A stretch of 64,000 bases of DNA from the NCBI GenBank assembly GCA_002311855.1, contig DCAB01000012.1:462063-526062 (forward strand). Direction: 5' to 3'. The notes beneath the pieces are model-generated. The model was not told the origin of the DNA. It saw only the letters and a list, made by a program, of their open reading frames with translations, and did no database searches. Positions 20,648 through 31,722 of the stretch are shown here, in pieces. Source of the stretch: Candidatus Dadabacteria bacterium UBA1144 (lineage in GTDB: Bacteria > Desulfobacterota_D > UBA1144). The translations under genes were made by a program, and so were the position numbers. How positions within the stretch are numbered: position 1 is the first letter of the stretch; the number at the start of each line of letters is the position of its first letter.

Positions 20648-21481
20648 TTAAAAACTAATCTGACCCGAACAAATTTGTTCAACTGGTCCTTCCATTACGA
20701 GATTGTAATTATCATCAATTTCGATAGACAAGATACCTCCCTGCATTTGGACATTTACTTTATTATCTAGAAGGTCTAATTTGTGGCCAACTGAGACTAC
20801 TGCACAGGAACTACTACCTGACGCTAATGTATAACCCGCTCCTCTTTCCCATATTTCGATTTTCACCTTTTTTCTTGAAACTATTTGAGCAAATTGTACA
20901 TTTGTTTTGTTGGGAAACATTTTATTTTTTTCAATTAATGGCCCAAATTCAGTTGCGTCCTTAGGGCTTATTGTTTTTTTGAAAATCACACAATGAGGAT
21001 TACCTACTGTTACAGAGGTAAAAATGAATTTTTTCTTTTTAATCCTTATTGTTTCATTTATAGCATATTTCATATGAGAGATTACAGGAATTTTTTTTGA
21101 TTCAAAAACAGCCTGACCCATTTGAACTTTGACTAGACTAGACTTTTTACTGCTCTTGATTATTGCACATTTAACTAAGCCCCCTTTCGTTTCAACGGTA
21201 AAAATTCTTTTTTTAGTATATCTATTATCGTATAAAAATTTTGAAAAAATTCTCAAACCATTTCCGCTTTTTTCTGCTTCTGAGCCGTCGGGATTAAAAA
21301 TTTGCAAACCGAAATCAGCTTTTCTTGAGGGAACGAGTAATAATAGCCCATCTGATCCAATCCCAAAATTTCTATCACATATTTTTTTAATTAAGCCCTT
21401 ATTTAGCTTACGGTTGAGTTCTTTCTTATCAATAACTATATAGTCATTGCCGAGTCCGTGAGATTTGATAAAATTGTTCAT
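20648..21481 (-). CDS. dapF: Diaminopimelate epimerase
   Basis: 277 aa with KSHGLGNDYIVID, FNPDGSEAEKSGNG, GNPHCV and ERGAGYTLASGS (the two catalytic Cys regions). Confidence 0.9.
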   Translation of the reverse strand: MNNFIKSHGLGNDYIVIDKKELNRKLNKGLIKKICDRNFGIGSDGLLLLVPSRKADFGLQIFNPDGSEAEKSGNGLRIFSKFLYDNRYTKKRIFTVETKGGLVKCAIIKSSKKSSLVKVQMGQAVFESKKIPVISHMKYAINETIRIKKKKFIFTSVTVGNPHCVIFKKTISPKDATEFGPLIEKNKMFPNKTNVQFAQIVSRKKVKIEIWERGAGYTLASGSSSCAVVSVGHKLDLLDNKVNVQMQGGILSIEIDDNYNLVMEGPVEQICSGQISF

Positions 21482-21589
21482 ATCCTGATTATATTAAACG
21501 ATTTAGTTTGTGATAATAGAGTGAATTTGTAGATAAATAATTTTTTTTTGTATAAAATTAATCAATGCAACCATGGGAGGTTTTTTGTG

Positions 21590-22348
21590 ATGATTGAAAA
21601 TATGTACGATGTTAAAGATAAAGTCGCAATCGTAACGGGTAGCTCAAGAGGTATAGGGAAGCAATGCGCTTTGGCTTTTGCTGAAGGCGGGGCTAAGCTT
21701 GTTCTTAATTATGTTAATAATCAAGAAGCGGCTGAGATTACAGCTGAAGAGGTAAGTGCTCTTGGCTCCGAAGCTATAATTGTCCAAGCCGATGTTAAGG
21801 ACTTTGAGGCTTGCCAGACTTTGGGCGAACAGGCAATAAAAAAGTACGGGAAAGTTGATTTTCTGGTTAATAATGCCGGTATCAATAGAGATATAACGTT
21901 TAGTAGAATGTCTCAGGAGCAGTGGAGCGAAGTTGTTAATACAAATTTAGGTGCTTTGTTCAATATGTGTAAGGCGGTCGTTCCACATATGAGGGATGCT
22001 GGTTCTGGTGTAATTATTTCAATTTCTTCTATTATTGGTGAAACTGGCAATATTGGACAATCAAATTATGCAGCAACAAAGAGCGGTATGTATGGATTTA
22101 CAAAAAGCTTAGCCAGAGAACTCGCAAAAGATAATATTAGAGTTAATACCGTGTCACCTGGTTTTGTTGAAACTGACATGCTTCATACAGTACCACCCGA
22201 TCTTTTGGCAGGAATTAAGGATGATATTCCCATGGGAAGATTTGGGTATGCTGACGAAATTGCCTTAGCTGTGCTTTATCTATGTTCTACCGCGGGTTCT
22301 TGGATTACGGGTACAAATCTAAGTATCAACGGTGGGCATAATATGTAG
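21590..22348 (+). CDS. Short-chain dehydrogenase: 3-oxoacyl-ACP / acetoacetyl-CoA reductase type
   Basis: ORF 21548..22348 trimmed to the ATG at 21590, which follows GGGAGG. Motifs: TGSSRGIG, NNAGI, S..(x)..YAATK catalytic triad. Confidence 0.85.
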   Translation: MIENMYDVKDKVAIVTGSSRGIGKQCALAFAEGGAKLVLNYVNNQEAAEITAEEVSALGSEAIIVQADVKDFEACQTLGEQAIKKYGKVDFLVNNAGINRDITFSRMSQEQWSEVVNTNLGALFNMCKAVVPHMRDAGSGVIISISSIIGETGNIGQSNYAATKSGMYGFTKSLARELAKDNIRVNTVSPGFVETDMLHTVPPDLLAGIKDDIPMGRFGYADEIALAVLYLCSTAGSWITGTNLSINGGHNM

Positions 22349-22353
22349 TTTTT

Positions 22354-22383
22354 ATTGTGGGAGACGATATGCTCTCCTACAAT
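22354..22383. terminator. Hairpin between convergent SDR gene and membrane-protein gene
   Basis: ATTGTGGGAGA (22354-22364) pairs with TCTCCTACAAT (22373-22383): 11 bp including one G-U, with an 8-nt loop. The flanking T/A runs are not canonical. Confidence 0.35.
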
Positions 22384-22395
22384 AAGAACATTTTC

Positions 22396-23187
22396 TTAGT
22401 AAATAAAATTGTGTGAAGGTAAATCAAGCAAATACATAAAAATGTATCCTGCCAGAATTGTTATAAAACCAGATATCGACAAATAAGAAATCCTATAGCC
22501 GCTAATTTTGTAAATTGATCTTAATAAAATTAATAGGAAATAAATACTCCATGAAAGAACCGAAATTGTAGCAACAGTTCCGAACCAGTAACTTCCAATC
22601 TGATTTTTTGAGAGGACAAAACCCAATACGAGACCTATTGTCATAAGAGGAAAAGATAGCGAAATCAACAAGAAATTAACTTTTTCGATCAGATCAAGAC
22701 TTGGCAGCCTGCCAATTTTATTAATTTTCTTATTTTTGATATTTTTATATTGATATAAAAACATTAGGCTAAATATTATAGAAACAAAAAGAATGGTATG
22801 AGAAAGTAGATTCAATAGTACATGAGATATTAATATTCTATTATTAAAAAGTAGATTATTACCCTCGCCTATATCAAAGATTATAGGAACAGTCAAAATG
22901 AAAGCTACTGGAGAAACAAAAAGTGAATATAAATTCTTAATGCTTGGTTTTATGAATAAGTAGCATGATATAGAAAGAAATAATGCTATTACAAAAAGAT
23001 TTACCTCTAAACTTTTTGATGCATAGTTTACATCTTTAACAATCAATAGTATTGCTTGAACGGAAATCGCCATAATAAAAAGATAATGGCCAATCTTGGA
23101 AAATTTTATTTTCCCAGAGGCAACGTAATACAAAGTCAGTATGAACGATATTGCATAGAGAACCGGAACAAAAATCGTTGATTCCAT
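22396..23187 (-). CDS. Polytopic inner-membrane protein, possibly YpjD/HemX (CcsA-like cytochrome c assembly) family
   Basis: 263 aa with about 8 predicted hydrophobic helices. Family assignment rests on size and topology only; no clear WWD motif is seen. Shares 1 nt with prfA. Confidence 0.35.
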   Translation of the reverse strand: MESTIFVPVLYAISFILTLYYVASGKIKFSKIGHYLFIMAISVQAILLIVKDVNYASKSLEVNLFVIALFLSISCYLFIKPSIKNLYSLFVSPVAFILTVPIIFDIGEGNNLLFNNRILISHVLLNLLSHTILFVSIIFSLMFLYQYKNIKNKKINKIGRLPSLDLIEKVNFLLISLSFPLMTIGLVLGFVLSKNQIGSYWFGTVATISVLSWSIYFLLILLRSIYKISGYRISYLSISGFITILAGYIFMYLLDLPSHNFIY

Positions 23188-24251
23188 TAAATTGTCTCAC
23201 TTATTTCTTTCTGATAATTCTTGGTTAATTCGTTGTTAAGTTCATCTAAATCACCGTCAAGAATATAATCGATTTTGTGAAAAGTTCGACTAAGCCTATG
23301 ATCGCTTACGCGTCCTTGTGGAAAATTGTATGTTCGTATCTTTTCACTTCTGTCTCCAGCGCCAACTAAAGCTTTCCTCGTCTTAGACATATTTTCTTGT
23401 TGTTTTATTTGTTCATTTTCAAAAAGCTTAGCTCTTAATATTCTCATGGCTTTCTGTTTGTTCTTATGTTGAGACTTTGCGTCTTGATTCTGTATTACAA
23501 TGCCTGATGGTTCATGAGTAATTCTTATAGCGGAATCAGTCTTGTTAACATGCTGCCCACCCGCACCGGAGGCCCTATAGGTATCGATTCTTAAATCTTT
23601 TTCATTGATTTCGATTTCTACTTCGTCTACCTCAGGCAAGACCGCAACGGTTGCTGTAGAGGTATGAACTCTGCCACTAGTTTCAGTAATAGGGACTCTT
23701 TGAACTCTATGAACGCCACTTTCAAATTTCATAAAAGAATAAATATTTTCTCCCCTTATCGAAACAATTGCTTCTTTTGTTCCGCCAAGCCCCATTTCGT
23801 TCTTGTTGATTATTTCTGCCTTCCATCCTCTGCGTTCCGCATACCTCAAGTACATTCTCAATAAATCGCTTGCAAAAAGTGCCGCCTCATCTCCCCCGGC
23901 TCCAGCTCTTATCTCTAAAATGACATCTTTTGAATCCATGGGGTCTTTTGGTTTAAATTCATCTTGAATTTTCTCTTCAATGTTTTTAAGTTCCTTATTT
24001 AAATTCTTTAATTCTTCTTGGGCTAGTTCTGCCAACTCTATGTCTTTAGATAGTTCCTGATTCTCAATTATCATATGTTCTACTTCTTGAAGCTGCAAAA
24101 AGAGTGCTACCATTTCAGAAATTTGACTTCTTTTTTTTGAAAGTTCTTTGATAGAATTAGAATTTAGATTTGGTGATGAAAGCTGTAAATCAATACTACT
24201 AAGCTCTTTTGATAAATCTTCTAGTTTTTCTCTGACTTTTTGCCCTATCAT
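23187..24251 (-). CDS. prfA: Peptide chain release factor 1
   Basis: 354 aa with the PxT-type recognition region, SGAGGQHVNKTDSAIRITH (GGQ motif) and IRTYNFPQGRVSDHR. Confidence 0.95.
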   Translation of the reverse strand: MIGQKVREKLEDLSKELSSIDLQLSSPNLNSNSIKELSKKRSQISEMVALFLQLQEVEHMIIENQELSKDIELAELAQEELKNLNKELKNIEEKIQDEFKPKDPMDSKDVILEIRAGAGGDEAALFASDLLRMYLRYAERRGWKAEIINKNEMGLGGTKEAIVSIRGENIYSFMKFESGVHRVQRVPITETSGRVHTSTATVAVLPEVDEVEIEINEKDLRIDTYRASGAGGQHVNKTDSAIRITHEPSGIVIQNQDAKSQHKNKQKAMRILRAKLFENEQIKQQENMSKTRKALVGAGDRSEKIRTYNFPQGRVSDHRLSRTFHKIDYILDGDLDELNNELTKNYQKEISETI

Positions 24252-24298
24252 ATAAAAACCCGGCTTGCAAACTCTTAACTATGGGATAGAATTATATC

Positions 24299-24508
24299 AT
24301 GGATATCTTTGATATCCTTGATAATAAGGTTAAGGATGCCGTAGAGCAAAAACTGAAATTGGAGAATAGGGTATCGAGTTTAGAGAAGGAGATTAAAAGA
24401 TTAAATAAGGATTGTCTAGACTTAAAAACGAAAGATACTGCCTGTAAAGATGAGATTGGCTCTGTTCTTAGTGAATTAGATAGAGCGGTAAAAGATTTAG
24501 ATATTTAG
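24299..24508 (+). CDS. Small coiled-coil protein (ZapB-like?)
   Basis: 69 aa with heptad-rich sequence (LKLENRVSSLEKEIKRLNKD). Sits immediately upstream of a ZapA-like ORF. Assignment is weak. Confidence 0.35.
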   Translation: MDIFDILDNKVKDAVEQKLKLENRVSSLEKEIKRLNKDCLDLKTKDTACKDEIGSVLSELDRAVKDLDI

Positions 24509-24762
24509 TGAAGGAAATACGATTAAGTCATTTAGAAAAAAGTTTAAAGTTTAAAACTGAATGTAGCGACAAGATTTTAAATGAAATTGAAGAATACATA
24601 AATAAAAAGTTCTTGGAGCATAGTTTAGAAAAAAATTCGCCTTCTTCCTTGGAAATATCTAATCTCCTTTTGGTAAATGCAGTTTACGAAATCCTTTCCT
24701 TGAAAAAAGATAAGGAAAAGGACAATGAAAGAATCTCTTCAATTATATCAATGCTCTCGTGA
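24508..24762 (+). CDS. zapA: Cell-division protein ZapA-like
   Basis: 84 aa. The pattern E..I.EIEEYINKKF......SSLEISNLLLVNAVYEI resembles ZapA. Conserved zapA / 5-formyl-THF cyclo-ligase synteny supports the call. Confidence 0.5.
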   Translation: MKEIRLSHLEKSLKFKTECSDKILNEIEEYINKKFLEHSLEKNSPSSLEISNLLLVNAVYEILSLKKDKEKDNERISSIISMLS

Positions 24763-25318
24763 TAAGTTTGAATTAAGAGAACATCTTAGAACTAAAAGAA
24801 GTAAGTTAAGTAGTTCATTTGTTTGGCTTAAATCGGAACAAATTTCGTATTCTCTGATCAAAGAGTTATCGTTGAAATTAAAAAAATCTGACCGAATTGC
24901 TTTATACAGCCCTATTGCTGGCGAGGTTGATACCAGATTGATAGATTTTGAGATAAGAAAATTGAATAAAAGTGTTTATTATCCAAAAATAATTGGTGAA
25001 AGAATGTATTTTGTTAAAACAAATTCACTTGACGATCTCTCACTAGGGCATTTTGGAATACGAGAACCAGCTGGTGAAAAATATATAAGCATCAGTAATC
25101 TTGATATTTTCATTATCCCTGCGATTGCCATAGGCCTTGATGGATCTAGATTAGGATTTGGTAAGGGATTTTACGATAAGGAACTTGAAGATGTTCCCAG
25201 AAGAAAGATGTTCTCTGCGATATTCGATTTTCAATTAGTCGACAAAGAATTTAGAGAAGAGCACGATATAAAAGTGGATAAAGTTTTTACAGAAAAAAGG
25301 GTTATTACAATAAATTAG
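24725..25318 (+). CDS. 5-formyltetrahydrofolate cyclo-ligase
   Basis: 197 aa. The N-terminus LREHLRTKRSKL, internal YYPKI, and GFGKGFYDK near the C-terminus are typical of the MTHFS family. Confidence 0.8.
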   Translation: MKESLQLYQCSRDKFELREHLRTKRSKLSSSFVWLKSEQISYSLIKELSLKLKKSDRIALYSPIAGEVDTRLIDFEIRKLNKSVYYPKIIGERMYFVKTNSLDDLSLGHFGIREPAGEKYISISNLDIFIIPAIAIGLDGSRLGFGKGFYDKELEDVPRRKMFSAIFDFQLVDKEFREEHDIKVDKVFTEKRVITIN

Positions 25319-25327
25319 GAGGAAATT

Positions 25328-26884
25328 ATGGATATTATCTTAATCTCGATTTGCATAGCATGTTGTGTTGGAGGATTTGGTCTATTCTGGTTAATAAGTC
25401 GGAATAATCTTATTAAAGACATTAAAGACAAGAAAGAAAGATCTGAAAAAATGATTTCAATTGCAAAAAGTAAATCGATAAAAATTACTAAAGAAACAGA
25501 AAGAAAAATTAAACAATTTAAATCTTCTCAGATTAAAAAAATTAAAGATGAGATTGAATCTACAAGAAAATTAATGACCGAGAAAGAGGCAAATTTATTG
25601 GAGAGGGAGAAGAATCTCAATGCTAGTCAGACCGAAGTAACCAGAAGAGGGGCTCAACTAGAATTAAAAGAGGAAACGTGCGATCAACTAGAGTTAAAGT
25701 ATAGATCCAAAGAAGAAGAATTAAATTCAATTTTAGAAGATGCTAAGTCAAAAATAGAAACTATTTCGGGTTTGTCCAGAGAAGAAGCGAAACAAGAGCT
25801 GGTTGGGGCTGTAGAGAATGAAGCGAAAATACTCGCGGCCAGAAAAATTAAAGAGATAGAAAAAAATTTGAAAGATGAAGCAGAGGAGAAAGCCAAAAAT
25901 ATTATTGCTTTAGCTATACAAAAGTATGCTGCTTCCTATACGTCGGAAAAAACATCATCCGTTGTTACTCTTCCAAGTGATGATATGAAAGGAAGGATTA
26001 TTGGTCGAGAGGGTAGGAATATTAGAACAATCGAATCAAAAACGGGAGTTGATATTATTATTGATGATACGCCTGGTATAGTCACGGTTTCTTCTCACAA
26101 TCCTTTAAGAAGAGAAATTGCCTCAAGATCGATTAAGAAATTGCTTGACGATGGAAGAGTTCATCCAGGAAGAATTGAAGAAATTGTTGATGAAATTAGG
26201 GAACAACTAGGCAAAGAAATCCAACAGTTAGGAGAAGATGCAATACTAGAAATTGGTATTAGCAATATGAATCCTGAGCTAATTAAGCTTGTGGGTAATA
26301 TGAAATATCGTACATCGTACTCTCAGAATATTTTGGACCATTCCTTAGAGGTTGCTCAAATTTGTGGGGTATTAGCTTCAGAAATAGGCCTAGATCCTAA
26401 ATTAGCTAAGAGAGCAGGATTACTACATGACATAGGTAAATCTGTCGATCATACAATCGAAGGTAACCATGTAGATATTGGAGCAGATTTAGTTAAAAAA
26501 TATCATGAACCACCTGAAGTTATCGAAGCGGTTGAATCTTCCCATTCCGATCATCCCTCTAGCCTTTATACTGTTCTTGTCCAAGCCTCTGATGCAATTT
26601 CAGCTGCAAGGCCAGGAGCAAGAAAAGAATCCTACGAGTCTTATGTTAAAAGAGTTAAAGAACTTGAAGATATAGGATTATCTTTTAATGGAGTGGACAA
26701 GTGCTTTGCCATTCAAGCTGGTAGAGAGGTAAGGGTAATGGTGGAAAGTGACAAAATTAATGATGATGAAGCGACAATTCTCTCTCACGATATAGCAAAG
26801 AAGATAGAGGAGGAAGTTTCCTATCCGGGTAACGTAAAAATTACTGTAATTAGAGAAGTTAGAGTAGCAGCAATGGCAAATTAG
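25328..26884 (+). CDS. rny: Ribonuclease Y
   Basis: 518 aa. N-terminal TM helix, long coiled coil, KH domain (GRIIGREGRNIR) and HD domain (LLHDIGK). Confidence 0.9.
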   Translation: MDIILISICIACCVGGFGLFWLISRNNLIKDIKDKKERSEKMISIAKSKSIKITKETERKIKQFKSSQIKKIKDEIESTRKLMTEKEANLLEREKNLNASQTEVTRRGAQLELKEETCDQLELKYRSKEEELNSILEDAKSKIETISGLSREEAKQELVGAVENEAKILAARKIKEIEKNLKDEAEEKAKNIIALAIQKYAASYTSEKTSSVVTLPSDDMKGRIIGREGRNIRTIESKTGVDIIIDDTPGIVTVSSHNPLRREIASRSIKKLLDDGRVHPGRIEEIVDEIREQLGKEIQQLGEDAILEIGISNMNPELIKLVGNMKYRTSYSQNILDHSLEVAQICGVLASEIGLDPKLAKRAGLLHDIGKSVDHTIEGNHVDIGADLVKKYHEPPEVIEAVESSHSDHPSSLYTVLVQASDAISAARPGARKESYESYVKRVKELEDIGLSFNGVDKCFAIQAGREVRVMVESDKINDDEATILSHDIAKKIEEEVSYPGNVKITVIREVRVAAMAN

Positions 26885-29616
26885 TCCTTAAGGGCTATTC
26901 TAGCTGCAGCAAGTCTCGCGATAGGGACCCTAAAGGGGGAACAGCTTACATAATCAAGTCCTATTTTATGACAAAATTCAATCGATGCAGGATCACCACC
27001 GTGTTCACCACAAATACCAACTTTAAGATTTTTTCTAGTTGATTTACCTTTCTCGAGGCCGATTTTCATAAGTTCCCCAACACCGTCGATGTCAATGCTC
27101 GTAAAAGGATCTTTCTCTAATATCTCGGTTGTTTTTCCATCTATATCAATTTTGATTTCCATATATGCGTTAATAAATTTAGCAGCATCGTCTCTTGAAT
27201 ATGCAAAAACTGTTTGAGTCAAATCATTTGTACCAAAGGAGAAAAATTCTGCTTCTTTTGCAATTTGGTCTGCAACAACAGTAGCTCTTGGAACCTCAAT
27301 CATGGTGCCTACCATGTAATTGATTTTCTTTTTTCCTAGAACTTCTTTTGCAACTTCATTGATTATATTCTTTTGGAATTTAATTTCGGATACCATCCCG
27401 ACCAATGGGACCATAATTTCAGGACTTACTTTAATTTTCTTTTTAGATACTTCAATTGCTGCTTCAAAAATTGCCCTTACTTGCATTCTTGTAATTTCTG
27501 GCATTATTATTCCTAACCTACAACCTCTAAGGCCCAGCATTGGATTAAACTCATGAAGCTCTTCGACTCTATCTAAAAGTTTTCTTTTCTTATCAATAAG
27601 GCTTGAACTACTTTTGTTCGTTTCTAGTTCTTTAATCTCCAACATCAAATCTTCTCTTTTTGGTAAAAATTCATGTAGAGGTGGATCTAACAATCTAATA
27701 GTGCAAGGTAAACCATTCATTGCGGTAAAAAGTCCGACAAAATCTTCTTTTTGCATCTTTTGAAGCTTGTTGAGATGAGAAATTCTATCATTTAATGATT
27801 TTGCGAGAATCATATTTTGCATAATTTTTATTCTGTTTTCCGCAAAAAACATATGTTCAGTTCTACATAGACCTATCCCTTCTGCGCCAAATTTGATAGC
27901 TATTTGTGCATCGACTGGAACATCGGCATTAGCTCTAATTCTGAGCCTTCTAAATTTATCTGCCCATTTTAGGATTGTTGAAAAGATTAAGTATCTCTCG
28001 GATGCTCTCTCTTTCATGTTGCCTTGCATGACTTGAATTACTTCTGATGCTACTACAGGGATATCACCTGAATATACTTTTCCGTCAAACCCATCGATTG
28101 AAATATAATCACCTTCATTGATTAATTTTTCATCTACACTAAAAGACCTTGCAGGTATATTGACCTTGATTTTCTCTGCTCCCACAACACAAACTTTGCC
28201 CATTTGTCTTCCTACGACTGCCGCATGACTTGTTTTTCCACCTCTTGCGGTTAGTACACCATGTGCTGCTGCCATACCATGTATATCATCGGGATTGGTT
28301 TCTTTGGTAACGAGAATGACTCTGCTACCTTTCTTGCTCATTTCAACCGCTGTTTGAGCATCAAGCGCAACTTGTCCTGATGCAGCTCCTGGAGAAGCCG
28401 CTAGCCCTTTAGTGAATTCATCAAATTTCTTTTTATCAGAAGGATTAAATATAGGAAATAAAAATTGCTCTAACTGTTCTGGCAATACTCTCATTACGGC
28501 TTCTTCTTTTGAAATTAATCTCTCTTTAACCATATCGCATGCAATTTTGGCTGCAGCAATACCCGATCTTTTAGCTGACCTTGTTTGTAACAGGTAAAGT
28601 GTTTCGTTTTCAATTGTAAATTCAAAATCCTGCATATCACGAAAATGCCTTTCTAAAGTTTTGGCAGTATTTTCTATTTGAAGATGGACCTTTCTCATCT
28701 CTCTTTGCATTGTTTTTATATTCTTAGGAGTCCTAATTCCTGCCACGACATCTTCGCCTTGCGCGTTTAATAGGTATTCTGCAAATAACTCTTTCTCGCC
28801 CGATGAAGGATCTCTAGTAAACCCAACTCCAGTTCCACAATCCCTACCCATATTACCAAAAACCATCGATTGTACTGTAACGGCAGTGCCAATTTCCGAC
28901 GGAATATCATATTGCTTTCTATAGAAAATAGCTCTTTTATTGTTCCAAGAAAGAAAAACCGCATCAATTGCTTTCATAAGCTGATTGTTTGGGTTTTGAG
29001 GAAATTGCAAACCCGTCTTTGATTTTACAAGTTTTTTGTAATCTTGGACAAGAGTTTTCAAGGCGGAATGATCAAGATCAAGATCATGTTTAGCCCCCTT
29101 TTTCTTCTTTAGATTATCCAACATTTCTTCAAATAAATTCTTATTCACTTTCAGAACTACATCTGAAAACATTTGAATAAATCTTCTATACGCATCCCAT
29201 GCAAATCTTGGATTTCTGGTTTTTTTACTCAATCCTATAACCGTTTTGTCATTCAAACCTAAGTTGAGAATTGTGTCCATCATTCCTGGCATAGAAAACA
29301 TCGAACCAGACCTTACCGAAACTAATAATGGATTAGATGAATTACCAAATCTTTTGCCTGTCAATTTTTCGATCTTGGATAGATTTCCTTTTATTTCACT
29401 ATTTATTCCTTTAGGAGTTTTTCTTTTGTTTTTATAGAATATTCCACAAACTTCAGTTGAAATTGTGAATCCAGGAGGAACATTAATGCCTATTTCTGTC
29501 ATCTCGGCTAAACCTGCCCCTTTGCCACCAAGGATTTCTTTCATTGATCCATTGCCATCAGCCTTTTTATTTCCGAAAAAATAAACACATTTTTTAGAAT
29601 TTCTTTTGGTTCTCAT
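26881..29616 (-). CDS. ppdK: Pyruvate, phosphate dikinase
   Basis: 911 aa with GGKGAGLAEM, the phospho-His region GGKTSHAAVVGR, and the C-terminal PEP-utilising motifs FFSFGTNDLTQ and VGICGEHGGDP. Confidence 0.95.
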   Translation of the reverse strand: MRTKRNSKKCVYFFGNKKADGNGSMKEILGGKGAGLAEMTEIGINVPPGFTISTEVCGIFYKNKRKTPKGINSEIKGNLSKIEKLTGKRFGNSSNPLLVSVRSGSMFSMPGMMDTILNLGLNDKTVIGLSKKTRNPRFAWDAYRRFIQMFSDVVLKVNKNLFEEMLDNLKKKKGAKHDLDLDHSALKTLVQDYKKLVKSKTGLQFPQNPNNQLMKAIDAVFLSWNNKRAIFYRKQYDIPSEIGTAVTVQSMVFGNMGRDCGTGVGFTRDPSSGEKELFAEYLLNAQGEDVVAGIRTPKNIKTMQREMRKVHLQIENTAKTLERHFRDMQDFEFTIENETLYLLQTRSAKRSGIAAAKIACDMVKERLISKEEAVMRVLPEQLEQFLFPIFNPSDKKKFDEFTKGLAASPGAASGQVALDAQTAVEMSKKGSRVILVTKETNPDDIHGMAAAHGVLTARGGKTSHAAVVGRQMGKVCVVGAEKIKVNIPARSFSVDEKLINEGDYISIDGFDGKVYSGDIPVVASEVIQVMQGNMKERASERYLIFSTILKWADKFRRLRIRANADVPVDAQIAIKFGAEGIGLCRTEHMFFAENRIKIMQNMILAKSLNDRISHLNKLQKMQKEDFVGLFTAMNGLPCTIRLLDPPLHEFLPKREDLMLEIKELETNKSSSSLIDKKRKLLDRVEELHEFNPMLGLRGCRLGIIMPEITRMQVRAIFEAAIEVSKKKIKVSPEIMVPLVGMVSEIKFQKNIINEVAKEVLGKKKINYMVGTMIEVPRATVVADQIAKEAEFFSFGTNDLTQTVFAYSRDDAAKFINAYMEIKIDIDGKTTEILEKDPFTSIDIDGVGELMKIGLEKGKSTRKNLKVGICGEHGGDPASIEFCHKIGLDYVSCSPFRVPIARLAAARIALKD

Positions 29617-29628
29617 TCATCCTCCTCT

Positions 29629-31722
29629 TTAAATCTCTGAGAAATTAGCAAATCCGGAGATTATATTTTTCATGTTTGTTAAAAGATTTATTCTGTTTCG
29701 TTTTGTTTCTTCGTTTTTGTCCATTACTAAAACGTTGTCAAAAAATTCTGATAGACATGGGGATGTTTTTAGAATTTCTTTCAAGCACACTTCGGGGTTT
29801 TTGCTCATCGAACTAGGAGAAAAAGCTTTTTGAAGTTTTTTTAATTCTTCAAAAAGAGAGATTTCAAATTTGTTATCAAGCAAGTTTTCGTTTATATCTA
29901 TTTTGGAATTTTCTTTAGTTATATTTTTTAATCTTTTAAATATTTCAATTACTGACATCAATTCTTTTTTACCTTCATATTTTTTTAAGACGAACGCTTT
30001 CTCTAAAATAGATTTCATATCTCTAATCTGATATTCATTATTTACTAGAGAATTAACAATGTTCATATTAAAACCTTTCTCAATTAGATAATTCCTTATT
30101 CTTTCATTGAAAAATTCTATTGCTTTATTCTTATTTTCCTCTTTGATTTTACTGTGACCACTCTTTTCAACTTCAGCGATCGAAAAATTTAAGATTTCAA
30201 TTAAATCTATATTTTTCTTAAGATTCTCGGCTATCCTAATTATACCTATACTGTTCCTTCGAAGTCCATATGGGTCCGAGCTGCCTGTTGGGTTTAATCC
30301 TAAATAAAAACAAGATGCGATGATATCGATTTTGTCAGAGATACTAATTATTTTTGCTAAATTATTACTTGGTAGCGCATCACTTCTCCCTCTTGGTAGA
30401 TGGTGTTCTTCAATAATTTGAGCGATATTTTTATTGTACTTTTTATAATAGTGTTTACCCATGAGACCTTGAAGTTCAGGAAATTCATAAACCATCTGAG
30501 AAGATAGGTCGGCCTTTAACAACCTACAGCAGGATTTCAAATCGACATTTAATTTTTTTTCATCTAAATCCAATATTTGAAGTAATTTCTTCGAATTTTT
30601 CAAAATTCTATCAGATTTATCTTTATAAGTTCCCACCCCCTCAATAAACGTTATAGATGATAGTTTTTTTACAAGATTAGATAGACCAATTTTTTTATCT
30701 TCCTCATAAAAGAATTTAGCATCAGCTAATCGTGCTCTGATTACTTTTTCGTTTCCTGAGATTACTACTTGATTGTTGATGAATGATGAACCAGCGATAA
30801 ATATAAATTGAGAATCCAATTTAGAATAATTACTATCTTTGAAGACAGGAAAGTATTTTTGATGACCTTTCATCACTGATATGTTAACTTCTTTAGGAAT
30901 CTGAAGAAAATTTTTATCAAATTTTCCAGACAAAACATTTGGAAATTCTGTAAGATTGGCAACGTGGTCTAACAATTCTTCATCGATTTCAACAAAAAAT
31001 TTTGATTTTTTCTCTATTTTCTTGATTTGATTAACGATAATCTTTTTTCTTTCTTTAAAATCTAAAATAACATGACTTTTTTTCATATATTCTAGATATT
31101 GTTTAATGGAATTAATTTTCGTGCCTTGATTTGAATAAAATCTATGACCATAAATGATATTTTCATTCTTGATGCCATTAATCTTTAATTTTATAAATTC
31201 TTTACCAAATAATGAGAAAATATTTTTTATTGGCCTTACAAATTCGATGTTGCTAGACCCCCACCTCATGGATTTTCTATTTTTTAATAATTTGATTGAA
31301 TTCGTTGTGACATCAACTAAAAAATCTTTTGTTTCTATTCCTTTTATATGTTGATTTGCAGATAAAAATTTATTACCATCTTTTTCTATTATTTTAATAT
31401 CATTTTTCTTAAGCGAGTTTTTCTCCAAAAAAGCTAATCCTGGCTTTAGGAATTCTCCTTTCTCATTAATTGATATTTTTCTTGGTGGGCCTACGATGAA
31501 TCTTTCCTTATCTTTCTGTTGGTTGGCTAATCCCCCTATGATAAGAGTGAGTCTTCTTGGTGTGCCATATCGAGTTATAATGGAGTAATTAATTGCATTT
31601 GAATCCAAATTGTCTTTGAAGATACTTTCCAATTGAATTCCTAGTTCATTTACAAGTCTAGCTGGTATTTCTTCGGTAAATATTTCTAATAAAAAACTCG
31701 AAAGATTTTTATTCTTTTTCAT
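29629..31722 (-). CDS. glyS: Glycine--tRNA ligase beta subunit
   Basis: 697 aa, N-terminal [18 protein letters not shown]. Overlaps glyQ by 14 nt. Confidence 0.9.
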   Translation of the reverse strand: MKKNKNLSSFLLEIFTEEIPARLVNELGIQLESIFKDNLDSNAINYSIITRYGTPRRLTLIIGGLANQQKDKERFIVGPPRKISINEKGEFLKPGLAFLEKNSLKKNDIKIIEKDGNKFLSANQHIKGIETKDFLVDVTTNSIKLLKNRKSMRWGSSNIEFVRPIKNIFSLFGKEFIKLKINGIKNENIIYGHRFYSNQGTKINSIKQYLEYMKKSHVILDFKERKKIIVNQIKKIEKKSKFFVEIDEELLDHVANLTEFPNVLSGKFDKNFLQIPKEVNISVMKGHQKYFPVFKDSNYSKLDSQFIFIAGSSFINNQVVISGNEKVIRARLADAKFFYEEDKKIGLSNLVKKLSSITFIEGVGTYKDKSDRILKNSKKLLQILDLDEKKLNVDLKSCCRLLKADLSSQMVYEFPELQGLMGKHYYKKYNKNIAQIIEEHHLPRGRSDALPSNNLAKIISISDKIDIIASCFYLGLNPTGSSDPYGLRRNSIGIIRIAENLKKNIDLIEILNFSIAEVEKSGHSKIKEENKNKAIEFFNERIRNYLIEKGFNMNIVNSLVNNEYQIRDMKSILEKAFVLKKYEGKKELMSVIEIFKRLKNITKENSKIDINENLLDNKFEISLFEELKKLQKAFSPSSMSKNPEVCLKEILKTSPCLSEFFDNVLVMDKNEETKRNRINLLTNMKNIISGFANFSEI

